Origin: Candidatus Rokuibacteriota bacterium
Lineage (GTDB): Bacteria; Methylomirabilota; Methylomirabilia; Rokubacteriales; CSP1-6
Length of the DNA stretch: 64,000 nucleotides
Direction of reading: 5' to 3'
NCBI GenBank assembly: GCA_003221515.1
Contig: QHSI01000133.1
Span: 3,530-67,529, forward strand
In this document: one piece after another, positions 53,208 through 63,570 of the stretch
Position numbering within the stretch: position 1 is the stretch's first letter
Layout: each line of letters begins with the position of its first letter
Made by a program: the position numbers and the translations under genes
The notes under the pieces: generated by a model
The model's database searches: none
The model's input: the letters and a program-made list of their open reading frames with translations, nothing else
Told to the model about the DNA's origin: nothing

Positions 53208-55328
53208 CTAGATCAAGGGTAGCGTGAAATGGAACGTAGACCCCTGATTCTCGCGACTCTCGGCCCAGACCCGGCCGCCGTGCAGCTCCACGAACTTTTT
53301 GCTGATGGCGAGCCCGAGCCCGGTGCCCCCGGCCCCGCGGGCGACCGGGTTGTCGAGCTGCTGGAAGGGCTCGAACAGGCGCGCCAGGTCGTCCTCACGG
53401 ATGCCGACGCCGGTGTCGGCGACGCTCACCCGCACCGCCTCCTGCTCGGCCACGACGCTGACTAGCACCCGGCCCTGCGTGGTGAACTTCACCGCGTTGG
53501 ATAAAAGGTTCAGGAGGATCTGCTTGACCTTCGTGCGGTCGGCCGCGAGCGGCGGCAGCTCGAGCGGCACGTTCTTCTCGAGCTTCAGCTGCTTGCCGCG
53601 GGCGAGTGGCATCGACGACTCGAGGCATTCGTCGATCAGCTCGTGCAGGTCGATCTCCTCGGAGATCATCTCGAGCTTGCCGGCCTCGATGCGCGAGAAG
53701 TCGAGGATCCCGTTGATGAGCTGGAGCAGGTGGCTGCCGCTGTTGTGGACCGAGCGGATATACGTCTCCTGCCGCTCGGTCAGCTCGCCGTCGAGCCGGT
53801 TCAGCAGCACCTTCGAGAAGCCGATGATCGAATTGAGCGGCGTCCGGAGCTCGTGGGACATGCTGGCCAGGAACTGGGACTTGAGCCGGCTTGCCTGCAT
53901 CAGCTGGGCGTTCGAGCCCGAGAGCTCCTCGTACAGCCGCGCGTTCTCGAGCGAGATCGCCACCTGGTTGGCCAGGACGGCGAGCACCTCGAGCTCCTGC
54001 TCGTCGAAGATGTCGCCGGAGAGCTTCTCGCCGACCAGGAGGATGCCGGTGAGCTTGCCCTCGATCTTCAGCGGCACGATCAACGCCGCCTTGATCTCGT
54101 CGAGCTCGCTCTCGGCCGCCTCGAAGTAGGCGGAGATCTCGGGGTTCAGCTTGACCTCTTCCTTGACCAGCACGCGCCCGGTCTGGTTCAGCCACAGCAC
54201 GATCGGGCTGTCGACCGCGATCGCGTTGGCCCCGGCGCCCTCCCCGGCGGTCGCGTCCTCCCGAAAGACCGCGAACGCGCTGCGCTGCGGGTCGTAGATC
54301 ATCAGCACGCAGTGCGTGAGGGGCACGCCGCGGACGAGCCCGTGGACGAGCGTCTCCATGAGCCGCCCGAAGTCGAGGATCGCGCCCATCCGCTTGCTCA
54401 AGTCCAGGAGTGTCTCGTAGCAGCCGCGCCGGCGGCGGAACATGAGCCGCTCGATGCGCTCTTCCAGCCGCTGGCCGAGCGGGCTCACCAGCAGCGTCAT
54501 CACGAAGCCCAGCGGCAGGATGATCCAGAGCGGGTTGACCTGATCCCAGTCGGCGTACTGCTCGGCCATGGCCAGGGCGGAAGTGAGCACGCCCCACAGC
54601 AACAGGTAGATCGCGGACTTCTTGACCGCCACGTTCACGTCGAAGAGGCGGTAGCGGACGATCGACGTGCCCAGCATCAGGGCGAAGATCATGTTCGCCG
54701 GAATGCCCATCGGGTACACGAGGTCCGTGGCCGGGACGAAGCGCACCAGGATGAACCGCGCGAAGTCGATGACACCCCCGATGAGGCTGACGAGCGTACC
54801 GAGCAGGATCAGGGTCGCGCGGTTGCGCCGGAAGCTCGACTCGACGTCCTTGTACACCCCGACCAGGTGCATGAGACCGTAGATCAGGAAGAAGTTCCAG
54901 TAGATGAAGAACGGCGTGTACAGGATGCCGGTGGCCGGCGCCCAGCCCCAGTAGGTCGTCTTCACCCCGCTCATGAAGAACGCCGTGCCGCTCAGGTTGA
55001 TGATGCTGAAGACGATCGCCAGCGCGTACGCGGCGGCCAGCGAGCGGCGATGGCGCGTCGTGCTCTCGAGGAAGATCAGGACGAAGTGATAGTAGAAGAC
55101 GGGGAGGACGATGACCCCGCTGTGAATGACGACTTCCCAGAACACCGCGGTCGCCTCGTCCGGCGAGCGCCGCAGCATGAAGACGCCGAAGTTCCATGCC
55201 GCCATGCCGCCCACGAAGTAGGCGAACAGGCGGTTCAGGCGGCTCTCCGGGTTGCGGAACAGCGTGATCCCGGCGAGGGAGACGTTCAGGAGCAGCGCGA
55301 AGAGCGGGAGGAGGTTATGAAGGGTCAA
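53208..55328 (-). CDS. sensor histidine kinase with N-terminal multi-TM sensor domain, GAF domain, HisKA and HATPase
   Basis: In-frame part of ORF 53208..55856 from TTG 55328 (GGGGAGA RBS; TTGA overlap with upstream GNAT stop); ~7 predicted TM helices; H-box SHELRTPLNSI; G-boxes DTGVGI and GTGLGLAIS. Confidence 0.85.
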   Translation of the reverse strand: MTLHNLLPLFALLLNVSLAGITLFRNPESRLNRLFAYFVGGMAAWNFGVFMLRRSPDEATAVFWEVVIHSGVIVLPVFYYHFVLIFLESTTRHRRSLAAAYALAIVFSIINLSGTAFFMSGVKTTYWGWAPATGILYTPFFIYWNFFLIYGLMHLVGVYKDVESSFRRNRATLILLGTLVSLIGGVIDFARFILVRFVPATDLVYPMGIPANMIFALMLGTSIVRYRLFDVNVAVKKSAIYLLLWGVLTSALAMAEQYADWDQVNPLWIILPLGFVMTLLVSPLGQRLEERIERLMFRRRRGCYETLLDLSKRMGAILDFGRLMETLVHGLVRGVPLTHCVLMIYDPQRSAFAVFREDATAGEGAGANAIAVDSPIVLWLNQTGRVLVKEEVKLNPEISAYFEAAESELDEIKAALIVPLKIEGKLTGILLVGEKLSGDIFDEQELEVLAVLANQVAISLENARLYEELSGSNAQLMQASRLKSQFLASMSHELRTPLNSIIGFSKVLLNRLDGELTERQETYIRSVHNSGSHLLQLINGILDFSRIEAGKLEMISEEIDLHELIDECLESSMPLARGKQLKLEKNVPLELPPLAADRTKVKQILLNLLSNAVKFTTQGRVLVSVVAEQEAVRVSVADTGVGIREDDLARLFEPFQQLDNPVARGAGGTGLGLAISKKFVELHGGRVWAESRENQGSTFHFTLPLI

Positions 55329-55990
55329 GCGTGTCTCCCCCCGGCGCCCTCGAGCGGGAGATGGATCCGGTCCTTCCGACGCTGCTCCGCGATCTCGTCC
55401 TTCAGGATGCCGAAGACGAACATGTCCCAGCACTGGCCGTCCTGAAATCCTGCCTTCCGGAGGACGCCCTCCTGCCGGAAGCCGTTGCGCCGGAGCGAGT
55501 TGGCGCTCAAACGGTTGTACTCGTACACCTTGGCTTCGATGCGCCGGAGCCCCAGCACATCGACCCCATAGTACGAGATGAGCTTGCCCGCCTCCACGCC
55601 AAACCCGCGGCGAATCGCCCGCCGATCGGTCAGCATGACCTCGAGGAACGCGTAGCCTTCCAGGAGGTGGATGTCGAAGAGCCTCGCCACGCCGATCGGG
55701 CGGTCCCATCCGAGATTGGCTTCGATGATCAGCACGACCTGCGTGGTGTCGGTGAGGCAGGCGTCGTAGAACGAGGGATCCTTGTCGTAGACGTGCTTGT
55801 AGGTGTTCAGGAACTGGCTGCCGACCATGCGCTCGGTGACCGGATCCTCCGCCCACTCCGAGAGATGCTCGAGGTCGGCGGGGCGCATCGTCCGGAGGTA
55901 GACCCGCGTGCCCTGGGAGACCACCCCCGCGCGGCGCGTCCTCCCGTCGGCCAGGTTCGACGACACAGACGGTTCGTTCACGGCGATCAT
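55325..55990 (-). CDS. GNAT family N-acetyltransferase (RimJ/RimL-like)
   Basis: ORF 55325..55990; acetyl-CoA binding region RRGFGVEAGKL and GNAT fold length. Confidence 0.75.
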   Translation of the reverse strand: MIAVNEPSVSSNLADGRTRRAGVVSQGTRVYLRTMRPADLEHLSEWAEDPVTERMVGSQFLNTYKHVYDKDPSFYDACLTDTTQVVLIIEANLGWDRPIGVARLFDIHLLEGYAFLEVMLTDRRAIRRGFGVEAGKLISYYGVDVLGLRRIEAKVYEYNRLSANSLRRNGFRQEGVLRKAGFQDGQCWDMFVFGILKDEIAEQRRKDRIHLPLEGAGGRHA

Positions 55991-56008
55991 TCCCCCAGCC
56001 GTCCTGCG

Positions 56009-56680
56009 TTAGTCGAAGCTGATCTCGACCCGCACCGTCGCGTCGCCGAGCGCGCGCTCGTCCGGGCGCACCGGGATCGGTGTGCCGTGGTCGCTCTCAT
56101 ACACGGCGATGTGGTTGAACTTGAACGGCCGCCGGAACTTGCCGGTAAACGAGGCCGGGGTGCGGTCCAGCGGGAAGCCCGGCAACGCCGCGACGAGCGT
56201 AAAGGCGGCGCCCGGCAGGATGTCGATGATCAGGCCCTCGGGGTCGGCCGCCGCGATGTCCCCGGCAAACGTCCCGTACATGATTACGAACTCGGCCGCG
56301 TCGGCCAGGTTGGTCGCGTTCGTGTTGACAACCACCCAGAACTCACCGCTGATGCTGCCAGTGAGGTTGCTGAGGTCGATCTGACTTCTGCCGATCGCCA
56401 CCACCGTGCAGCGCCGAGCCAGCCGAATGCCGAGCGGCTCGAGCGCCAACTTCGCATACTCCAGCAGATCTTCTTGGCAGAGCGGCGTTCCTCGCTCCAC
56501 CTTCCCTTCGAGCGCGGACTCGGCGATGCTGAAGCCGCCGGTAATCGTCGCGTGCTCGGTCAGCTCGTACAGAACCGCGTTCGTGTGCAGGGAGCCGCCG
56601 GGATGACCGGCCTCGCTGGTCCCGAACGTCGAGACGAGCGCCGCGAGCAGCACCAGGAGCGAACCGGCACGTCTCGTCAT
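56009..56680 (-). CDS. secreted hypothetical protein, paralog B
   Basis: ORF 56009..56680; signal peptide MTRRAGSLLVLLAALVSTFGTSEA; motifs shared with paralog A. Confidence 0.6.
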   Translation of the reverse strand: MTRRAGSLLVLLAALVSTFGTSEAGHPGGSLHTNAVLYELTEHATITGGFSIAESALEGKVERGTPLCQEDLLEYAKLALEPLGIRLARRCTVVAIGRSQIDLSNLTGSISGEFWVVVNTNATNLADAAEFVIMYGTFAGDIAAADPEGLIIDILPGAAFTLVAALPGFPLDRTPASFTGKFRRPFKFNHIAVYESDHGTPIPVRPDERALGDATVRVEISFD

Positions 56681-56756
56681 GACATCGCACTCCTTGTCAG
56701 TGGCCGCATGATCCGGGGTGGATCCCCGGCCCTCCCCTCGCGCACGTGTCGCGCGC

Positions 56757-57551
56757 TCATCGCGCCCGGCACCACGCGAGGTGACTCAGGTCCGACAGGA
56801 AGGTGTCACGAGCCTCGAGGACTTCGAACCCGGCGCGCCCGAGCGCGTCGTGGAATTCGGCGGTGCTGAGGTAGCGGTGCTCGCAGTCGCGGAAGCGCTC
56901 GAAGAGCGCCGTCGGCAAGAGCCAGCGCAGGGCGCGCACGGCGGCGCCGAGCCCCTTGGCGGCCCACAGCTCACGGAACGTCCGGATCACGCTCGCCGGC
57001 CGCCCGTAGGTCAGGAACACGGCGTGCCCGCCCGCCCGGAGCGCGCTCCGGCAACCCTCCAGCAGCGCCGCGGGTTGGGGATGCCAGTAGAGCGTGTGCA
57101 TGCTCACCAGCACGTCGAAGTTCCCCGCGCCCGGCACGGGATCCCGCGAGATGTCGAGGTGCTGAAAGGTCATGGTCGCGCGACGTTCTGCGGTCTTCTC
57201 ACGCGCGATCTCGACCAGATGCCGGACGCCGTCGATCCCGACGACCGAGTACCCCTCGCGGGCGAGCCGGATGCTGACGTTGCCGATCCCGCACGCGACG
57301 TCGAGCACGCGGATGGAGCGGGGCGTGGCCTCGGCGGAGACCGAGCGGCCGACGAACCCCACGACCTCCTCGACCATCGCCTCGTAGGCAGGAAAGCGCC
57401 TGACGATGGCGTCGTACGTGACGCCATACGTGACGGCGATCATGTGCTCCATCGCATCCCGAACCGGCATTCGAGCCCCCGCCTTCTCCTTCGGCGCGCC
57501 CGCGGCGACGCCGGTGAGAGGCTGCGATGAGTACGGCGCGTCCTGGTCCAC
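56757..57551 (-). CDS. class I SAM-dependent methyltransferase
   Basis: ORF 56757..57551; motif I VLDVACGIGN; paralogous to the adjacent gene. Confidence 0.8.
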   Translation of the reverse strand: MDQDAPYSSQPLTGVAAGAPKEKAGARMPVRDAMEHMIAVTYGVTYDAIVRRFPAYEAMVEEVVGFVGRSVSAEATPRSIRVLDVACGIGNVSIRLAREGYSVVGIDGVRHLVEIAREKTAERRATMTFQHLDISRDPVPGAGNFDVLVSMHTLYWHPQPAALLEGCRSALRAGGHAVFLTYGRPASVIRTFRELWAAKGLGAAVRALRWLLPTALFERFRDCEHRYLSTAEFHDALGRAGFEVLEARDTFLSDLSHLAWCRAR

Positions 57552-58343
57552 TTAGATACCGGTCCTCTTCCTCGCCCACACCAGGAGGCTGGCGCCCGTG
57601 AGAAACGTCCGGCGCATCTCCAGCACCGTGAACCCCGCCCGCCGGACGTGCGCCGAGAACGCGTCTTCGGTCCAGTAGTGCGGCCCGATCCGAATGCGGA
57701 CCGCCTCGAAGATCGAGTTGGGCAGTACCCACAGAAGACAGTGGAGCGCGGCCCGCCACCCGTCGCGCCGAGCGACTTCTCGCAGCGTCGACCAGCATCC
57801 GACCAGCCGCGTGTGGTTCACGAACACGGCATGGCCGCCGGGCTTGAGCACCCGGTAGGCCTCCTGCAGCAACTTTTCGGGCGCCGGGTGCACGTACAGG
57901 GAGTGGATGTTGACGACCTGGTCGAAGGCGCCGTCGCGGAACGTGTTGCCCCGAGTCAGGTCGCCGTGTCGGAACCCGAGATTCGACAGGTGACGCGCCC
58001 GGCGCTTTTCTTTCGCGACTTCGACCAGCGCGCCGTAGGAATCGAGCCCGGTGACGGTGAATCCGGCCTCGGCGAGCGCGCACGTGAAGTTGCCGGGCCC
58101 GCACGCGACCTCCAGCACCTGGACGTCGCGACGGTCGCCGCACGACGGCGAACCCGCCTCGACCAGCTGCCGGACCTCGGTCTGGAGTCGCTGGTAGGGC
58201 GTGAAGCGTTCGTAGACGTAGTCGTAGACGACACCGTAGGCGACCGAGAGCATCCGGTCCAATCCCCAACGGATCGCGCCGACCGCCGAGCCCATGGTAA
58301 TCCTCGTACCCCGCGTGTGCGCCGCGGGCGCCATCGACGACAC
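57552..58343 (-). CDS. class I SAM-dependent methyltransferase (tandem paralog)
   Basis: ORF 57552..58343; motif I VLEVACGPGN; shared architecture with 56757..57551. Confidence 0.8.
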   Translation of the reverse strand: MSSMAPAAHTRGTRITMGSAVGAIRWGLDRMLSVAYGVVYDYVYERFTPYQRLQTEVRQLVEAGSPSCGDRRDVQVLEVACGPGNFTCALAEAGFTVTGLDSYGALVEVAKEKRRARHLSNLGFRHGDLTRGNTFRDGAFDQVVNIHSLYVHPAPEKLLQEAYRVLKPGGHAVFVNHTRLVGCWSTLREVARRDGWRAALHCLLWVLPNSIFEAVRIRIGPHYWTEDAFSAHVRRAGFTVLEMRRTFLTGASLLVWARKRTGI

Positions 58344-58355
58344 GATGCGCGCCTC

Positions 58356-58736
58356 CTAGGCTTTGCTCGCGAGGACCTTGTCGACCGCCCCGCGAAGCTC
58401 TGACGGCGTGAAGGGCTTCAAGAGGATATAGTCGAATCCGAGGCGGGTCGCCTCGTTGATGATATCCGGCGTGCCGTGCGCCGTCATGAGCATGCACGCC
58501 ATGCGGGGGCGAGCGTGGCGTGCTTGTGCCAGCACGTCGAACCCGTTCATCCCGGGCATCTTGTAGTCGACCACCAGCAAGTCGAACGGCTCCTTACGAA
58601 CCAGGTCCACAGCCGTCTCGCCTCGGTTCGCCGCCTTGATCGAGTAGCCGAGAGCCTGGAGCACGTTCACGCAGAGAATGACGACAGGGCCGGCGTCGTC
58701 GACGACCAGGATCTTCGGTTTCACCGAATCGATCAC
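58356..58736 (-). CDS. single-domain response regulator (CheY-like receiver)
   Basis: ORF 58356..58736; KILVVDDAG, DLLVVDYKMPGMNG, T...K receiver motifs. Confidence 0.85.
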   Translation of the reverse strand: MIDSVKPKILVVDDAGPVVILCVNVLQALGYSIKAANRGETAVDLVRKEPFDLLVVDYKMPGMNGFDVLAQARHARPRMACMLMTAHGTPDIINEATRLGFDYILLKPFTPSELRGAVDKVLASKA

Positions 58737-60298
58737 AGGCCCTCCATCGAAGGTTGAACGGCGGCGCTGGCCGCCGGCACGGACCGCAAGTCGAGGTGGT
58801 GGCTGATCTGCTCCAGGCGCGCCAGCGGGATCGTGCTGAAGGCGTCGGCGGCCCTCGGCTCGAACTGCGTGCCGGAGCCGCGCAGGATTTCGTCCATCGC
58901 CGTCGGCAGCGGTCGCTTGCTCCGATAGGGGCGGTCGGACGTCATCGCGTCGAACGCGTCGGCCACCGTCACGACGCGGGCGATGAGGGGGATGTCGTCG
59001 CCCTTGAGGCCGTCCGGATAGCCTTTGCCGTCGTAGCGTTCGTGGTGATGACGCACCGCTTTAGCCTCGCACGACAGAAACCGCAGTGGCTTCAGAATCT
59101 TGTCGCCGACCACCGGATGCGTGCGGATCAGCTCGAACTCTTCTTCGGTCAGCTGTCGCGGCTTGCGGAGGATGTTGTCCATGATGGCGAGCTTGCCGAG
59201 GTCGTGCAGCATCCCGGCGCGGCTCATCAGGACCACCTCGGCGGGCGGCACGCCCATGACCATGGCGAGCTCGCCGGAATAGAGCGACACGCGCGCCGAG
59301 TGGCCCTTGAGGTACGGATCCTTGGACTCCAGCGCAATGACGAACGACGAGATGGTGTCGATCAGGTTCTTTTCGAGGTTCTCGCGCAGGAGGATCTTCT
59401 GGAGCGCGACCGCGGTGGTCTGCGCGTAACCGAGCAAGAGCGCCTTCTCGTCGGGCAGGAAGGCGCCGTTCTCGCCGCCCCGGCCCATGCAGAGGATCCC
59501 CATCGCGTCGCCGACCCCGGGCACCAGCGCGGCGAGAGCTTCGAAGTTGTGCTCTCGCTTCGTCAACGTGAACGTCTCCTGGCCGCCGGTCTTGACGACG
59601 GCGCCGAACGAGGCCTGCAGCAGCGTCACGATCTGGCCGACGAGGCCGGGCTCGCCCCTGCGGCTGGCATTGAACTGGCCGGCCTGGTCTCGCAGCAGCA
59701 TGACCGCGCCGTCGCAGCGGAGGCTCTGCATCGTCTGCTCGAGAACCTTTTCGACGAAGACGCTCGGTTCGAGCCCCTGCAGCGCGATCTCGCCGATGCG
59801 CGAGAGCACTTCGACACCGGTCTGGCGCCGCGACAGCTCCTCCGTCAGTCCCGCGGGATAGTTGACGTTCCCGTTGCCGTCGGCCCGATCCCGCCGCAGG
59901 CGCGTGATGAGATCACGCACCTCGGTGACCGAGAACGGCTTCGGCAGGTAGTCGTACGCGCCGTGGCGCAGCCCGAACACCGCCGAGTTGACGGACGGCA
60001 CGCCGGTGATCAGCACGACCGGCGTCCCCGGCTGCTTGCCCTTGACGGCGCGGAGCAGGTCGAGGCCGCTCAGACCCGGCATCTTGATGTCGGACACCAC
60101 GAGGTCGAACGGATCGTCGCCCAGCTGATCGAGCGCCTGCTCCGCGGTCCCCGCGGTCGTGACCTGGCACTGGTTCGAGGAGAACGCCGAGGCGAGGAAG
60201 CGGAGCACCGAGGCGTTGTCGTCGACCAAGAGTACGCGCAGGCTCTCGATGGCCGCACCGCCCTTGGTTTCCGTCTGTGAATCAGTCTTGGTCGTCAC
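58733..60298 (-). CDS. response regulator with receiver, GAF and HD-GYP (c-di-GMP phosphodiesterase-type) domains
   Basis: ORF 58733..60298; REC (RVLLVDDNASV, DIKMPGLSG), GAF-like middle, HD..HDLGK and HHERYDGKGYP HD-GYP motifs. Confidence 0.85.
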   Translation of the reverse strand: MTTKTDSQTETKGGAAIESLRVLLVDDNASVLRFLASAFSSNQCQVTTAGTAEQALDQLGDDPFDLVVSDIKMPGLSGLDLLRAVKGKQPGTPVVLITGVPSVNSAVFGLRHGAYDYLPKPFSVTEVRDLITRLRRDRADGNGNVNYPAGLTEELSRRQTGVEVLSRIGEIALQGLEPSVFVEKVLEQTMQSLRCDGAVMLLRDQAGQFNASRRGEPGLVGQIVTLLQASFGAVVKTGGQETFTLTKREHNFEALAALVPGVGDAMGILCMGRGGENGAFLPDEKALLLGYAQTTAVALQKILLRENLEKNLIDTISSFVIALESKDPYLKGHSARVSLYSGELAMVMGVPPAEVVLMSRAGMLHDLGKLAIMDNILRKPRQLTEEEFELIRTHPVVGDKILKPLRFLSCEAKAVRHHHERYDGKGYPDGLKGDDIPLIARVVTVADAFDAMTSDRPYRSKRPLPTAMDEILRGSGTQFEPRAADAFSTIPLARLEQISHHLDLRSVPAASAAVQPSMEGL

Positions 60299-60307
60299 AA
60301 GCGCCCT

Positions 60308-61804
60308 CTACTTTGTCGCGCCGAGCTGGCTGAGGAACTCCAGCCATTGCCGGGACAGCCCATCCTTCGGGAAGCTGAGCGACTCGAGCACCGGGTGGTC
60401 GTCGTTGACCTGAGGCGCGGCCGGCTTCGCCGGCGCGACCGGTACCGCCGCCGCAACCGGCGCAGCGGGCGCAGCCGGCAGAGCGGGCGTGACCTGCACG
60501 ATGGGCTCCTCGATCGCCGGCGCCACCGACGCGGGCGGGGCCGGAGTCTCGATGCTGCCCTTGCTCGCCTGCGCGAAGAAGTAGGGGCGGCCGGCCGGCG
60601 CCTGCGGCTTCGCCCACACGGGGTGAGCGGGGGCCGGCGCCGGAACGATTGGCTCGGGTTCGACCGAGGCCTCGATGCGGACGGACGGCTCGGGGCTCAC
60701 GGCTTCGAGGGCGGACTCGATCGTCATCGTCTCCACAACCAGCTCGCTCACAGGCTCTGGCACGCGCGCCGGCGCGACCTCGGCGTGGACGGTGACCGTC
60801 TCGGCCTCGGTGCCGATGACGAAGGCCGGTCGTACGATTTCTTCCATCACGGCCTCGATCACGGAATGGGACGCACCGTTGAGCGGAGCTTCGAGCACGA
60901 ACGGAAGCGCGGCCGGAGCGGGCGCGCTGGTCACGATCTCGACCGGCGGCTCCACCATCACTGGCGGCTCGACCTTCACCGGAGCCTCGACCTCGACGGG
61001 CTGCTCCACCATCACCGGCGGCTCCACGTTCGTGGGTGGCTCAGCGGGAGCCGCAGCGGCGAACTGGAGAACCAGCGGCTCACGAACTGGCGGGGCCGCG
61101 ACCGGCGCGACCACCGGTGGCGCCGCGGGAACCTGAGCGACGGGCGCCGTGATCGGCGCCGGGACCACCGGCGTGACCGGAGAGGCGGCTTGCATGATCA
61201 GCGGAGCGAGCGACGCAACGAGGGGCGCGGCCGCCGCCATCACCGGTGCGGCAGCTGCGACCACCGGCACGGCAGCCGCGACGACCGGCGCAGCGGGCGC
61301 GGGAGACGGCGCGACGGCCTCGGCGGCGAGGACCCCTGGCGTCGACTTGCGGAGTCGCTCGACGAGATCGAAGTAGACGGCGGACGCGCCGTTCATCTCG
61401 AAGTGACGGAACTCGAGGCAGTCGATCTCGACGACGCTGAGCTGCTTGATCCTTCTCAGGAACGAGTCGGTGATCCGCTCGACGATGAACAGGATCCGCG
61501 GTGGTCTGGCGGCGGAGAGCTGCGCCATCGGATATAGGCGACGAATGGTGTCGGGGTACTCGAGACACCAGGAGTAGGCATCCATGACCCGGATGAGGAG
61601 GCCTTCGTCAGCGGTGAAGTCGAGGGCGATCAGCACGAGCGATCCCCTGGTGTCGAGCCCGACGAGGTCGATAGCCGCCTGGCCCAGCAGCAAGCGCGAG
61701 TCCACGATCTGCAGGCCGGGCTCGATGCCCTCGACATTCTCGGCCACCAGCTTCTCCAAGTCGCCGATGTCCTTGACTTCGAGCTTCCGAAACGTGGGTC
61801 TCAT
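60308..61804 (-). CDS. hypothetical protein: ~170-aa N-terminal globular domain followed by ~280 aa of Pro/Ala/Val-rich tandem repeats
   Basis: In-frame part of ORF 60308..61867 from ATG 61804 (GGGGAGA RBS); repeats such as VEPPVMVEQPVEVEAPVKVEPPVMVEPPVE are also visible as DNA tandem repeats around 60930-61030. Confidence 0.55.
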   Translation of the reverse strand: MRPTFRKLEVKDIGDLEKLVAENVEGIEPGLQIVDSRLLLGQAAIDLVGLDTRGSLVLIALDFTADEGLLIRVMDAYSWCLEYPDTIRRLYPMAQLSAARPPRILFIVERITDSFLRRIKQLSVVEIDCLEFRHFEMNGASAVYFDLVERLRKSTPGVLAAEAVAPSPAPAAPVVAAAVPVVAAAAPVMAAAAPLVASLAPLIMQAASPVTPVVPAPITAPVAQVPAAPPVVAPVAAPPVREPLVLQFAAAAPAEPPTNVEPPVMVEQPVEVEAPVKVEPPVMVEPPVEIVTSAPAPAALPFVLEAPLNGASHSVIEAVMEEIVRPAFVIGTEAETVTVHAEVAPARVPEPVSELVVETMTIESALEAVSPEPSVRIEASVEPEPIVPAPAPAHPVWAKPQAPAGRPYFFAQASKGSIETPAPPASVAPAIEEPIVQVTPALPAAPAAPVAAAVPVAPAKPAAPQVNDDHPVLESLSFPKDGLSRQWLEFLSQLGATK

Positions 61805-61851
61805 CGTTATCTCCCCTGGCCTCTCGGCTGCGAGCCTCGCTCCTGAACACA

Positions 61852-61866
61852 GCAAACGCGGGACCA
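61852..61866 (-). promoter_or_regulatory. sigma-54 (-24/-12) promoter candidate for the Pro-rich protein gene
   Basis: Minus-strand TGGTCC-cgcgt-TTGCT, ~45 nt upstream of ATG 61804; sigma54 activator gene immediately upstream; two TTCCGGAA palindromes at 61976-61983 and 62011-62018 as possible enhancer sites. Confidence 0.4.
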
Positions 61867-62073
61867 AGGGTATGCACAGGAATAAATATAAGCGGAATAT
61901 GGAGATTTTCGATTTCCGGCTCGGCGCTCGAATGGCTGATTAGTTGCCAAGATTTCTTCGGTCTAGCGAGAGGCATTCCGGAAAGCATTTACTTTCATAC
62001 ACTTGGGGTTTTCCGGAAGCCAGGATCGCGCGTGGCGAAGAACTCACCACTGGCGATGGACTGGTCGGGAAGG

Positions 62074-63423
<1,350 letters not shown>

Positions 63424-63570
63424 ATTGGCTAAAGTAGCTGATCCGCAGGGTACTTCGTCCAATTTCTTACCACCTGGAAGCGCCCCTGTCAGTCGTGTCC
63501 AAGCGCCGTCAGACCCCCACCGCAGGGACCGCCGGGTTTCCGGTTACTTCGTTACCAGCGATCGGGGATT

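Noticed and set aside
63424-63570. Sigma54 promoter upstream of the second NtrC-type activator gene
   Set aside because: No GG-N10-GC arrangement with a TTGC -12 element was found on the relevant strand.
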